DNA of 61,772 nt, counting the filler, from an uncultured Clostridia bacterium (GTDB lineage Bacteria; CAYTYR01; UBA6262): the NCBI GenBank assembly GCA_964441745.1. It is 3 parts of 3 records of this genome, joined end to end, with 100 filler letters (N's around TTAATTAATTAA, not from the genome) between each part and the next. Parts side by side here need not be neighbours in the genome. Positions count along the whole stretch, not along the records: positions 1 to 21,900 come from CAYTYR010000027.1; positions 22,001 to 42,465 come from CAYTYR010000029.1; 1 more part is not named here. One strand, 5' to 3'. This document shows positions 12,551 to 22,019 of this stretch, in pieces. The notes beneath the pieces were generated by a model. It had not been told where the DNA came from, did no database searches, and was given only the letters and a program-made list of their open reading frames with translations. The translations under genes and the position numbers were made by a program. The stretch's first letter is position 1. Each line of letters opens with the position of its first letter.

Positions 12551-12590
12551 CTTCTTTGGCCAGCTACTTTATTCTATTCACCGTATTTTT

Positions 12591-13730
12591 TTACTTGTTG
12601 GGAGTGATTTTGATGCGGATAAGTTGGGGCTCAGTTGTCGGACGGGCGCCAAAACGATTGGCAGCGATAGTTTCCCGCATACCAGTGGAAGCATCTTTAC
12701 GCCGCGGATCTCGTCCCAGTTTGTTCACTTCACTGATAAAATTAGGAAACTCCTGGTGTTGAACTTGATAGGACAATTCCTGGTTATCTACAGACTGGTC
12801 CACTTGCCTGGCCTGGTAATTTTCTGCTACCGCCTCTAAACGCTGCCTGGTTCGTTCCAGATCATCAACTTCCATGACTATGTCATAAGAAGACGATGAT
12901 TGCGGCTCGGTATCAGCTATGCGGCCTTTTTGCCGGGAAATTGCTGTTAAACTAGCGATCTGCTGCGGCTCGCTGACATAAACAGAACCATCTCCCGCCA
13001 CGGTCAGGGCCTCGTCACTATACAGAGCATCAATAGCCCTGGCGGTATTGGTTTTGGCTCTAACGGCAATCATTTTCCTTTCCAAATTCTGGAATAGCGG
13101 TGGTACGATCAGCGTGGCTTTTAACGGCAGATTGGCTTCTGCCAGCTGGTCTTTTTGCTTTGAAATTGCCGCTGCCTCGTTTAGACTCCGTGGCTCAACA
13201 GCATAGTCAGAGCTATCCTCTTCCGCGCTCACTGGCGCCTTCTTCCGTACAGACTCAACTAGGGGACCAGGGCTGGCTTTGGATTTAGCGGCTCTGGGAG
13301 CCTCTTCCAGTTTTTGGTCATATTTTGGGGTTAACAGCGGAGACGTCAGCGGCAAGCTGGATCCGGCAGTGATATCGTGCCTGGTTCCGGCTTTTTCCTG
13401 TTCCGCTACCTTGACCGTATATTTATTAATAGCTACCGCCATCAGGAAAATAACTACTGTCGCCGCGGCTACCGGAACTGGCCGCCAATCGAATATTTCC
13501 CAGAATGACTTTTTCTGGATTCTTTGTTCTATGCCTGCCCACAAGTCTGCCGGAGGATTTATCTCCTTTAGGCCGGCGACCAGGATAATAGTTTTCCGCA
13601 GGCCGGCCAGCTCCTGGCGGCATTCGGCGCACTCGGCCAGGTGACTTTCGACGATCTTTTTCTCTTCGTCGGAACACATCTGGTCAAGATAGACAGATAA
13701 AAGTTCGCGAATATGTTTTTTTGTACTCAT
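12591..13730 (-). CDS. Zinc-finger (zf-HC2, HxxxCxxC) membrane anti-sigma factor
   Basis: ESHLAECAECRQEL motif, one TM helix, extracytoplasmic C-terminus; downstream of ECF sigma. Confidence 0.85.
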   Translation of the reverse strand: MSTKKHIRELLSVYLDQMCSDEEKKIVESHLAECAECRQELAGLRKTIILVAGLKEINPPADLWAGIEQRIQKKSFWEIFDWRPVPVAAATVVIFLMAVAINKYTVKVAEQEKAGTRHDITAGSSLPLTSPLLTPKYDQKLEEAPRAAKSKASPGPLVESVRKKAPVSAEEDSSDYAVEPRSLNEAAAISKQKDQLAEANLPLKATLIVPPLFQNLERKMIAVRAKTNTARAIDALYSDEALTVAGDGSVYVSEPQQIASLTAISRQKGRIADTEPQSSSSYDIVMEVDDLERTRQRLEAVAENYQARQVDQSVDNQELSYQVQHQEFPNFISEVNKLGRDPRRKDASTGMRETIAANRFGARPTTEPQLIRIKITPNK

Positions 13731-13747
13731 CTTACATCACTTCCTTC

Positions 13748-13777
13748 TCCGCCTGAGGCGGATCCGCCTTCGGCGGA
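13748..13777. repeat. Double hairpin TCCGCC-N3-GGCGGA x2
   Basis: tccgcc tga ggcgga tccgcc ttc ggcgga; related copy at 37916-37952. Confidence 0.8.
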
Positions 13778-13790
13778 AGCAAACCTTACG

Positions 13791-14372
13791 TTACAATACA
13801 GTATTCTTAAGTATGTCCTTCAATTCCAGCCGCGCGCGGGAAAGGCGGCTTTTTACTGTTCCCAGGTTACACCCCAGGGAAGCAGCAATATCTTCATACG
13901 AGCAACCCTGGATATCCCGCAAAATGATCACTTCCCGGTGTTCCGCGCTTAAGGATTTAATTGCTGTTTGCACCTGTTCCTGGACCTCTTTAGTTTCCGC
14001 TTTGACCAGAGGGGTTAAATCATTTTTATCTTCGACCTGCCTGGTCATCTCGTCATCTTCAGTTTCAAAGGTTTCATCCAGGGACATTACCTTGGGCTGG
14101 GTTTTCCAGTGGCGCAGTTTGTTTTTGCAGGTATTACTGGCAATGCAATAAAGCCAAGTGGAAAAGCTAGCCTCCTGCCGGAACTTCTTAATACCATTAT
14201 AGACCCGCACAAATGTCTCCTGGGTGAGATCTTTGGCTTCTTCGTAGTCATCCACAAAACGGAAACACAGGTTAAAGACCTTTTTCTGGTACTTGGCAAA
14301 CAACTGGGAAAAAGCCTGCTGATCTCCCTGTTGGGTCCGTTCGACTAATTTGATATCGTCTAGATCTACCAA
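13791..14372 (-). CDS. ECF RNA polymerase sigma factor (RpoE/SigW-like)
   Basis: DLTQETFVRVY, FSTWLYCIASN (region 2); YEDIAASLGCNLGTVKSRLSRAR (region 4). Confidence 0.93.
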   Translation of the reverse strand: MVDLDDIKLVERTQQGDQQAFSQLFAKYQKKVFNLCFRFVDDYEEAKDLTQETFVRVYNGIKKFRQEASFSTWLYCIASNTCKNKLRHWKTQPKVMSLDETFETEDDEMTRQVEDKNDLTPLVKAETKEVQEQVQTAIKSLSAEHREVIILRDIQGCSYEDIAASLGCNLGTVKSRLSRARLELKDILKNTVL

Positions 14373-14386
14373 GACTCTCCCCTTAT

Positions 14387-14414
14387 TGAGACACGGTTAT
14401 TGCGTATAAGTTCC
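14387..14414 (-). promoter_or_regulatory. Putative autoregulatory ECF promoter GGAACT-16-GTCTCA
   Basis: Matches the sigmaE-type consensus (GGAACTT..GTCnnA) immediately upstream of the sigma gene RBS. Confidence 0.55.
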
Positions 14415-14418
14415 ACTA

Positions 14419-14556
14419 ATTAATTCCAAATTCTGAATTATATCGCCCCTTTGGGGCTTATGCTAAATTGTGGTAATAAAGCTCTTATGAATTTACCTAA
14501 ATTTGTAATAAGTTCCAAGTTATTACTTGGAACGATAGAATTTGTAATTTAGAATT
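14419..14556. repeat. AT-rich heptamer-arm palindromic element with nested hairpins
   Basis: ATCGCCCCtttGGGGCTTAT at 14442-14461 and ATAAGTTCCAAGTtattACTTGGAACGAT at 14508-14536; arms resemble 8701-8805. Confidence 0.78.
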
Positions 14557-15664
14557 TTATTTTGCTGTTGCTAAATTATCCAGAAACGCCTCTATGAACG
14601 GATCTATCTCCCCGTCCATAACTGCTGGTACGTTGCCTATTTCCACGCCGGTACGATGGTCTTTGACCAGGGTATACGGGCAAAATACATACGACCTGAT
14701 CTGACTGCCCCAGGCAATAGAGCCCTTGTCATCATAGTGTTTTTCTGCCTGCTTGCGCCGTTTATCCTGTTCCAATTCAAAGAGTCTGGCGCGGAGTAGT
14801 TTCATCGCCGTAGCCCGGTTCTTGATCTGGGAACGTTCTTTCTGGCTTTGCACTACCGTATTAGTAGGTAGATGTGTGATCCGAATGGCTGACTCGGTCT
14901 TATTCACATGCTGACCGCCATGGCCGCCGGAACGGTAGGTATCTATACGCAGATCACTTTCATTGATATCGATACTGATCTCAGCGGATATTTCAGGAAT
15001 TACATCACATGAGGCAAAGGTAGTATGCCGGCGCTTATTAGCATCAAATGGGCTGATCCGCACCAGCCGGTGTACCCCTGTTTCTGATTTTAAATAGCCA
15101 TAGGCATAAGAACCGGTAATGATAAAAGTGACGCTTTTAATGCCTGCTTCTTCCCCGGCTAAGATATCCGTGATCTCCGCGGTAAAGCCCTTGCTCTCGG
15201 CCCAGCGGCTGTACATCCGCAGCAGCATTTCCACCCAGTCACAGGCCTCGGTGCCGCCAGCGCCTGAGTGCAGTGTTACGATCGCATTGTTGCGGTCAAA
15301 TGGCCCGCTTAGTTTAGTCCGGAAAATAAAAAGATCAAGTTTTTTTTGCAGTTTTTCCAGAACCGGCTGCAGTTCGTGTTGCAGGTTCTCATCATTCTCC
15401 TGCGCCGCCAGATCCAGCAAGCCCTGGGTTTCCTGGAACTCCCGCTCCAGCTGCTGGAAAAGCGTCACATCTTCTTTCAGGCTATTTAACCGTTGCATCA
15501 GTTTCTGGGCTTCCTGCTGGTTATCCCAGAAACCAGAGACCCCGGCTTTACTTTCGATAGCGGTGATTTCCTGCTGCTTCGATTCTATTTCAAAGAAACC
15601 CCCGGAATTTTTCCAGGTCGGTTTTAACTTTATTCAGGATCTCAGTTATTTGATTATTAGGCAA
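14557..15664 (-). CDS. prfB: Peptide chain release factor 2, translated through a programmed +1 frameshift (about 368 aa)
   Basis: SPF (RISPFD) and GGQ motifs; TTG start at 15664 behind AGGAGG; 24 codons to CGGGGG-TTT-CTT-TGA-A (CTT at 15595-15593); the +1 frame continues EIESKQQEITAIESKAGVSGFWDN into the listed ORF. Confidence 0.93.
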
Positions 15665-17195
15665 CGGCTTTCCTCCTGATCAGTCCGCCGGCAAGACCCA
15701 GGATGACCAGACCCACGCATAACTTAGAGAACACATCTCCATACTTAGTATACTTGGTCATTTTATTCTCCGGTGAGACGGAGAAGATGCTGATTTCCGG
15801 TACAAATAAATGGGTCTGGCTGATAATATTACCATATGGGTCAATATATCCGGAGATACCGGTGCTGGAGCTTCTGATGACCCATCTCCGGTTCTCGATC
15901 GCCCGGAAAACATTCATATAAAAATGCTGATACGGGGCAGCTGTATTAAGGTACCAGGAATCAATAGTGATATTGACGATAACTTCCGCCCCGTTCTTGA
16001 CCAGGCGCCGCACCAGGTCAGGGAAAATATCTTCATAACAGATATTTACGCCATAATGCCCATGCGGTGTTTTCAGCAGATCCAGGTTATGACCCGGGAC
16101 AAAATCCCCCATCTCTTTCAGGACCGGCACGATCTTTTCCAGGTATTTACGGAAGGGCACGAATTCCCCAAAAGGTACCAGGTGGCTTTTATTATATTGC
16201 CCGGCGATCTGGCCAGCCGGAGTCACCAGGAAACATGAGGTGTACGCCCGATCCTCTCCCGGATTCACTAGATCGATAGAACCGAGTAATAAATAAGCCT
16301 TGCTCTTACCGGCCAACTCAGCTGTCCTGGCTAATAAATATTTATCGTATTTCAGCAAGCCCGGGACCGCAGTTTCCGGGAAAACGATTAGTTCAAGATT
16401 ATTACTTTTTAACCGGTCCACAGAGGAAGCATATTGTTCCATAATATTATGCTTCTCTTGCGGATCCCATTTCACGTCCGGCGGGATATTCGGCTGGATA
16501 ATTGCTGTCTTGATCAACTTCTGCTTTATTGGTCCCTGCTGGCGGGATAAAACAATGAAACCATAGCCAAAAGCTACGGCTAGTACCAGGGCAAATACTT
16601 CCAGGCTTCTGAGGCTTTGTTTGCGGTGGCGTAATTCTAAACTATAGCCGATCATTTTAGCCGCCAGGGCATTGACCAGAACGATCAAAAAAGAGACCCC
16701 ATATACCCCGGTAAAGGCGGAAATCTGGGCCACCAACAAATTATTCCACTGGCTATACCCCAGTAAATTCCAAGGGAACCCGGTCAACAAATAGGTCCTC
16801 AGGTACTCCAAACTTACCCAGAGCGAGGCAATAAAGAAAATATTAAAAGAATAGAAATAACGGTTAAAAAAACTGGTAATGCCGCAGAACAGGGCTATAA
16901 ACAAAGCCAGGTACACCATCAATAAAGCGCCAATAGCAATACTCATCAGCCAGGAAAAATTCCCATAAACACGCAAAGTGCCAACAATCCAGTAGAGCGT
17001 AGCGGCATAAAAAATAAAACCCACGATCAGGCCATTAAGAAAAGACCGTCCGAAATTTTCCCCCTCGATGCTGATCAATAACGGTATCAGGCAGATCCAG
17101 GCCAGGAACGACAGATCATATTTTGGAAAAACCAGTATCAGCAAGAGAGCTGAGCCCAAGGTCATGATACTATTTTTAGTGAATAATTTAATCAT
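15657..17195 (-). CDS. lnt: Apolipoprotein N-acyltransferase
   Basis: Multi-TM N-terminus, GFPWNLLGYSQ, IQPNI, FPETA, YNKSHLVPFGEFVP, ICYEDIF. Confidence 0.95.
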   Translation of the reverse strand: MIKLFTKNSIMTLGSALLLILVFPKYDLSFLAWICLIPLLISIEGENFGRSFLNGLIVGFIFYAATLYWIVGTLRVYGNFSWLMSIAIGALLMVYLALFIALFCGITSFFNRYFYSFNIFFIASLWVSLEYLRTYLLTGFPWNLLGYSQWNNLLVAQISAFTGVYGVSFLIVLVNALAAKMIGYSLELRHRKQSLRSLEVFALVLAVAFGYGFIVLSRQQGPIKQKLIKTAIIQPNIPPDVKWDPQEKHNIMEQYASSVDRLKSNNLELIVFPETAVPGLLKYDKYLLARTAELAGKSKAYLLLGSIDLVNPGEDRAYTSCFLVTPAGQIAGQYNKSHLVPFGEFVPFRKYLEKIVPVLKEMGDFVPGHNLDLLKTPHGHYGVNICYEDIFPDLVRRLVKNGAEVIVNITIDSWYLNTAAPYQHFYMNVFRAIENRRWVIRSSSTGISGYIDPYGNIISQTHLFVPEISIFSVSPENKMTKYTKYGDVFSKLCVGLVILGLAGGLIRRKAVA

Positions 17196-17204
17196 ACTTA
17201 TATC

Positions 17205-19961
17205 CTATTCGTTTATGCCGCAGCATTTCTTATATTTTTTGCCGCTGCCGCACGGGCAGGGATCATTACGCCCGATCTTGTCCAGCTTCTGCGGTTGCGG
17301 TTTGGCCGCAGCTATCACCGGCCTGGCCGCAATAGACTGGCCTGGCGCCGGCCTGGGCCTGGGCTGTGCCTGCGGTGGCGCTGCCATTTTTACCTTAAAA
17401 AGATAGCCGCCTACTTCTTCTTTGATCCTCATGATCATATTACTAAACAACCGGAAAGCTTCATGCTGGTATTCTACCAGCGGATCCTTTTGGCCATAGG
17501 CCCGCAGACCGATCCCCTTGCGCAACTGGTCTATATCATATAAATGTTCTTTCCAGCAATTATCCACTACCTGCAGTACAACCCGGCGTTCCAGGAAACG
17601 CATCATTTCAGTCCCGGCAGAAACTTCTTTGTCGTCATAAGCTTTTTTAACCCTTTCCAGGACCATATCTTTAAACGACAGGTGATTTAAGCGCAATAGT
17701 TCTTCCTGACTGATCTTAAACTCCTGGCCATAAGTTTGTTTGACCCAGGCAGAAAAAGCATTAATCTCCCACTTTTCCGGATAAACACCTTCCGGACAAT
17801 ACCTCCCGGCTTTTTCTTCCACTACTTCACTGACCATTTCCAGCACATGCTCTTTCAGGTCTTCGCCGGCCAGGACCATTTGCCGCTGGTCATAGATCAC
17901 TTCCCGCTGTTTGTTCATGATATTATCATAATCCAGTAATTGTTTGCGGATATCAAAGTTCATCGCTTCCACTTTACGCTGGGCTGATTCAATAGCCCGG
18001 GAAATGAGCGGATGCTGGATATCTTCGCCTTCCTGCATCCCGAGCTTATCCATCACAAAGCTGATGCGGTCAGAACCAAACAGCCTCATTAGCTCATCTT
18101 CCAAAGATAAGTAGAAACGGCTGGCGCCAGGATCCCCTTGCCGGCCGCTGCGGCCGCGCAATTGGTTATCAATACGCCGGGATTCATGACGCTCTGTCCC
18201 CAGCACATACAAGCCGCCGGCAGCAACCACTGACTCGTGTTCCACATCAGTTTCCTTTTTGATCTCTTCCACCAATTTACGGTACTGGTCCCGCGCTGAC
18301 AGCACCGCCGGGTCAGTCGTGGGAGTATATTCACTAGCCAAGGCGATCAAATTAAGGTCCAGACCCCAGCCCTTCATTTTTTCTTTAGCGATATAAGCGG
18401 GATTTCCACCCAGAATAATGTCTGTTCCGCGTCCCGCCATATTAGTAGCAATAGTGACCCCGCCTTTACGGCCAGCCTGGGCAATAATAAAAGCTTCCTG
18501 TTCATGATACTTGGCATTCAACAAGTTATGCTGGATCCCTTGTTTGCGCAAGAGGGCGCTTATTTTTTCGCTTTTTTCAATGGAACGGGTACCAACCAAT
18601 ACTGGCTGTCCTTGTTTGTGACATTCGCTGATATCATTAACTATGGCGTTATATTTGTCTTTCTCTGTTTTATAGATCACATCAGCATGGTCCAACCGAA
18701 TCATTTTTTGGTTAGTCGGCACTTCCATGACATCCAATTTATAAATATGGAAAAATTCTTCCCGTTCAGTAGCGGCTGTCCCGGTCATACCGGAGAGCTT
18801 ATTATATAATTTAAAGAAATTCTGGAACGTAATAGTCGCCAAAGTCTGGTTCTCTTCGGCAATGCGCACATTTTCTTTGGCTTCTATCGCCTGGTGCAAG
18901 CCCTCGCTCCAGCGCCTTCCCGGCATCAACCTCCCGGTAAATTCATCAACGATGATGACTTCACCGTCTTTCACTACATAATCAACATCTTTTTTGAACA
19001 AGTCATAGGCCCGGCCAGCCTGGATAATATGATGGACCCATTCACTTTGCATGTCTTCATAAAGATTAGGGATGCCCAACAAATGTTCACATTTGGCCAC
19101 GCCTTCTTCCGTCAGAGTCCAAAGATTATTTTTTTCATCGACGATGGCATCATAACCTTGCTGCAGGTTAAGTTCTTTATACTTGGCATCTATTTCTTCT
19201 TTTTCCGTGACCCAGCGCCGTTTTAAATGAGGGATGATGCGGTTAATGACATAATATTTTTCCGTGGATTCTTCGGCCGGACCGGAAATAATCAGCGGGG
19301 TACGGGCTTCGTCTACCAGGATGCTGTCAACTTCGTCAACCACGGCGAAATTCAACTCACGCAGGACGCAGTCTTCCTTGGAAACAGCCATATTATCCCG
19401 CAGATAATCGAATCCTATTTCATTATTAGTGACATAGGTAATATCACAACGATAGGCCGCCTGCCGTTCCGGATTGTCCAGATCATGCTGGACCACTCCC
19501 ACGGTTAATCCCAGGAATTTATAAACCGGAGACATCCATTCGCTGTCCCGTTTGGCCAGGTAATCATTAACTGTGACCAGGTGCACCCCTTTACCGGTGA
19601 TGCTGTTAAGGTAGACTGGCAGGGTCGCGACCAGGGTTTTGCCTTCGCCAGTCCTCATTTCCGCTATCTTGCCCTGGTGTAAGACAATACCGCCCATGAG
19701 CTGGACATCAAAATGACGCATCTGCAAGGTTCTCTTGCCTGCCTCCCTGACCACGGCAAAAGCTTCCGGCAAGAGCTCATCCAGGGTTTCCCCATCACTA
19801 TGGCGTTTTCTGAATTCTTCAAGTTTAGCGCGTAATTCAGCATCGCTCAAAGCGATCATTTTTGGCTCATAGCTATTGATCCGCTCTATCAGCGGCAGCA
19901 TTTTCTTCAAGTCACGTTCATTTTTTGTGCCAATAAATTTCTGTAATATCCAACCCAACAT
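17205..19961 (-). CDS. secA: Preprotein translocase subunit SecA
   Basis: [46 protein letters not shown]-terminal SEC-C zinc motif [19 protein letters not shown]. Confidence 0.98.
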   Translation of the reverse strand: MLGWILQKFIGTKNERDLKKMLPLIERINSYEPKMIALSDAELRAKLEEFRKRHSDGETLDELLPEAFAVVREAGKRTLQMRHFDVQLMGGIVLHQGKIAEMRTGEGKTLVATLPVYLNSITGKGVHLVTVNDYLAKRDSEWMSPVYKFLGLTVGVVQHDLDNPERQAAYRCDITYVTNNEIGFDYLRDNMAVSKEDCVLRELNFAVVDEVDSILVDEARTPLIISGPAEESTEKYYVINRIIPHLKRRWVTEKEEIDAKYKELNLQQGYDAIVDEKNNLWTLTEEGVAKCEHLLGIPNLYEDMQSEWVHHIIQAGRAYDLFKKDVDYVVKDGEVIIVDEFTGRLMPGRRWSEGLHQAIEAKENVRIAEENQTLATITFQNFFKLYNKLSGMTGTAATEREEFFHIYKLDVMEVPTNQKMIRLDHADVIYKTEKDKYNAIVNDISECHKQGQPVLVGTRSIEKSEKISALLRKQGIQHNLLNAKYHEQEAFIIAQAGRKGGVTIATNMAGRGTDIILGGNPAYIAKEKMKGWGLDLNLIALASEYTPTTDPAVLSARDQYRKLVEEIKKETDVEHESVVAAGGLYVLGTERHESRRIDNQLRGRSGRQGDPGASRFYLSLEDELMRLFGSDRISFVMDKLGMQEGEDIQHPLISRAIESAQRKVEAMNFDIRKQLLDYDNIMNKQREVIYDQRQMVLAGEDLKEHVLEMVSEVVEEKAGRYCPEGVYPEKWEINAFSAWVKQTYGQEFKISQEELLRLNHLSFKDMVLERVKKAYDDKEVSAGTEMMRFLERRVVLQVVDNCWKEHLYDIDQLRKGIGLRAYGQKDPLVEYQHEAFRLFSNMIMRIKEEVGGYLFKVKMAAPPQAQPRPRPAPGQSIAARPVIAAAKPQPQKLDKIGRNDPCPCGSGKKYKKCCGINE

Positions 19962-19995
19962 AAGAGTAAATCCCCAATCTAGAAATATTGAAACA

Positions 19996-20173
19996 TAAAT
20001 CCTAAATCCTAATATCTAAACTCTCCCCTGCTGATTTGCCCTCAGGGACAAATCAAAAACGCGGGAACAGGTAAACAATATCAAATGCTCAAAATTCAAA
20101 TATCAAAACGTTTAAGAATTTGAATTCAGTTTTCAGGATTTGTTTAGAATTTAGAGCTTCGGATTTAGAATTT
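19996..20173. repeat. Long heptamer-arm palindromic element with nested 52-bp hairpin (20021-20072), upstream of secA
   Basis: AAATCCT/AATATCT units mirrored by AGAATTT/GGATTT units; nested CTCTCCCCTGCTGATTTG..CAAATCAAAAACGCGGGAACAGGT. Confidence 0.85.
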
Positions 20174-20181
20174 GTTTTTAT

Positions 20182-20211
20182 AGTATAGCATATTTCCGTC
20201 TAAAAAGTAAA
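20182..20211 (-). promoter_or_regulatory. Putative sigma70 promoter for secA (TTTACT-18-TATACT, extended -10 TG)
   Basis: Motif match only. Confidence 0.45.
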
Positions 20212-20239
20212 CCCTGTTAGAATTTTTTCTAACAGGGTT
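20210..20239. repeat. Perfect 13-bp hairpin AACCCTGTTAGAA-tttt-TTCTAACAGGGTT (terminator or repeat-family member)
   Basis: Direct inspection; lies downstream of the SBBP gene; similar core inside addB at 27582-27610. Confidence 0.7.
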
Positions 20240-20249
20240 ATTATTGATC

Positions 20250-20322
20250 CGGTTATCAGGAGCTTCCTGCTATCCTGATGCCCTGATATCCACTGCCTGA
20301 TATCCTGGTTACCTGATATTCT
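20250..20322. repeat. ATCAGG/CCTGAT-unit intergenic element
   Basis: Multiple CCTGAT units at about 9-nt period; related to 31506-31625. Confidence 0.7.
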
Positions 20323-20330
20323 CTAATTAT

Positions 20331-21866
20331 TTACTGAACTACGGCGATCTTCTCCTGGATATCTATTCCGGTACCCTTAATCTGCAGCTGGTACATTCCT
20401 GGATTGACTATTTTCCCATCTTGCCCCCGGCCATCCCAGCTGACCATCTCCTGAGTTTTTTCTTTGGCCATGACCGTATTTTTCCAGACCAACTGCCCGG
20501 TCAGGGAACGGATCTCAATTGCTACCTGGCCATTATGATTGGGGAACATCATAATATATAATTTTTCATCTTTTGCCGGTTCAATGAATCCCTTCACCCC
20601 GCCTAATATCGTAATGCCCTTTTGCTCAGACAAAACCAAGCCATTGATCTTAAAGGAAATAATAAACATATCGGCGTAGCCGAAATTTTTATTACCACTG
20701 AAGGTACCTTCGGTATAACCGGCCACATAGACATTGCCGGCTTTATCGGCAGCGATCCCGCTGCAAAAATCATTTTTATCTGTTCCCAGCTCGCCGATCC
20801 AGGGCTTATTGCCGCAAGCATAATACTTAACCAGAAAAACATCAGCCAGGCCGCTATTTTTACTTTGGCCTAAACTACCTGTGGTATCACCGGCGATGCA
20901 GATCGCCCCGGTACCGTCGATGGCCACGCCCAAGCTCGAATCAGAAGCCCTTGAACCTATTTGCCGGCTCCATATTTTTTGGCCATTGAGATCAAACCTG
21001 GCCAGGGTAATATCTCCCAACCCCTGCTTAGTGTTTCCTTTGACCTGGCCTTTAGTTTCACCGGAAACATAGATGTTATTGGCGCTGTCAACAGCCACCC
21101 CGCCGCTAAAATCATTAGCTATTGTTCCGGTCTGTTTGATCCAAATCTTATCCCCGTATGGATTATATTTAGCCAGGAAAACATCGTAACCGCCCAGGGA
21201 AGCCTTTGGCTCAAGACTACCGCTCGTATCACCGGTGATATAGATATTCCCCGTAGAATCAAGCGAAACCATTTTAGCATGTTCCGCTGCAGTTGTGCCG
21301 AATTGTGTCCCCCATAACCGGTCACCGGAAGCATCAAATTTCATGATGAAAACATCGGCTTCCCCATAATTACGGGTACCAGTCAGTTTCCCATATGTAT
21401 CACCGACCACATAGGCGTTACCTTCATGGTCACTGGCTACGCTTAAGCCATACTCTGACTCTGAAGAACCGAATTGTTTGATCCATAATATTTTTCCTGA
21501 TGGTTCTAGTTTGATCAGGAATACATCTGCTCCGCCAGCATTGGTCCTTCCTTCGAAACTGCCGTAAGTATGACCAGTGATGTAGATATTGCCTATGCCA
21601 TCACAAGCCAGCGCCACACCCTGGTCAGATTCCACTGTGCCCAGTTGTCTGGTCCATAATTCCTGGCCAGAAGCATCATACTTGGCCACAAACATATCCG
21701 TCCCGCCAATATGATGGTTATCACCCAAAGTAGACTCTGTATACCCCGTAATACAAATATTACCTGAGGGATCGCAGGCGATACCTTGCAGATTGTCCAG
21801 CCCGATACTGCCAAACTCTTTGATCCATTGTATGTTTAAATCTTCCGGAATTTTTTTTCGATTTTG
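20331..21866 (-). pseudogene. SBBP-repeat beta-propeller protein with C-terminal FlgD/Ig-like domain, 5'-truncated or frameshifted
   Basis: Repeats WxxQxG...D.GNIYITG.T.G; C-terminal WDGRGQDGKIVNPGMY; the frame is open to 21866 but the first standard start (TTG 21728) follows the first repeat; no signal peptide. Confidence 0.65.
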
Positions 21867-21880
21867 TCAGCAAAGCGCGA

Positions 21881-22017
21881 AGGAGTTGTGTACAACTTCC
21901 NNNNNNNNNNNNNNNNNNNNNNNNNNNNNNNNNNNNNNNNNNNNTTAATTAATTAANNNNNNNNNNNNNNNNNNNNNNNNNNNNNNNNNNNNNNNNNNNN
22001 GTCTCTACACAACTCCT
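21881..22017. mobile_element. 12-bp inverted repeats facing into the gap (AGGAGTTGTGTA / TACACAACTCCT); possible collapsed IS
   Basis: 21881-21892 and 22006-22017 are exact reverse complements; genes on both sides appear 5'-truncated. Confidence 0.45.
21901..22000. other. Assembly gap with artificial TTAATTAATTAA linker (21945-21956)
   Basis: N-run with an all-frame stop linker. Confidence 0.98.
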
Positions 22018-22019
22018 AT

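Noticed and set aside
15119-15679. Long antisense ORFs (e.g. 15119-15679, 25223-25831, 55315-55962, 58508-59146)
   Set aside because: Shadows of well-supported genes on the opposite strand, with no independent protein features.
21945-21956. TTAATTAATTAA motif in both gaps
   Set aside because: Artificial all-frame stop linker, not biological; it also creates the false end of ORF 42201-42521.
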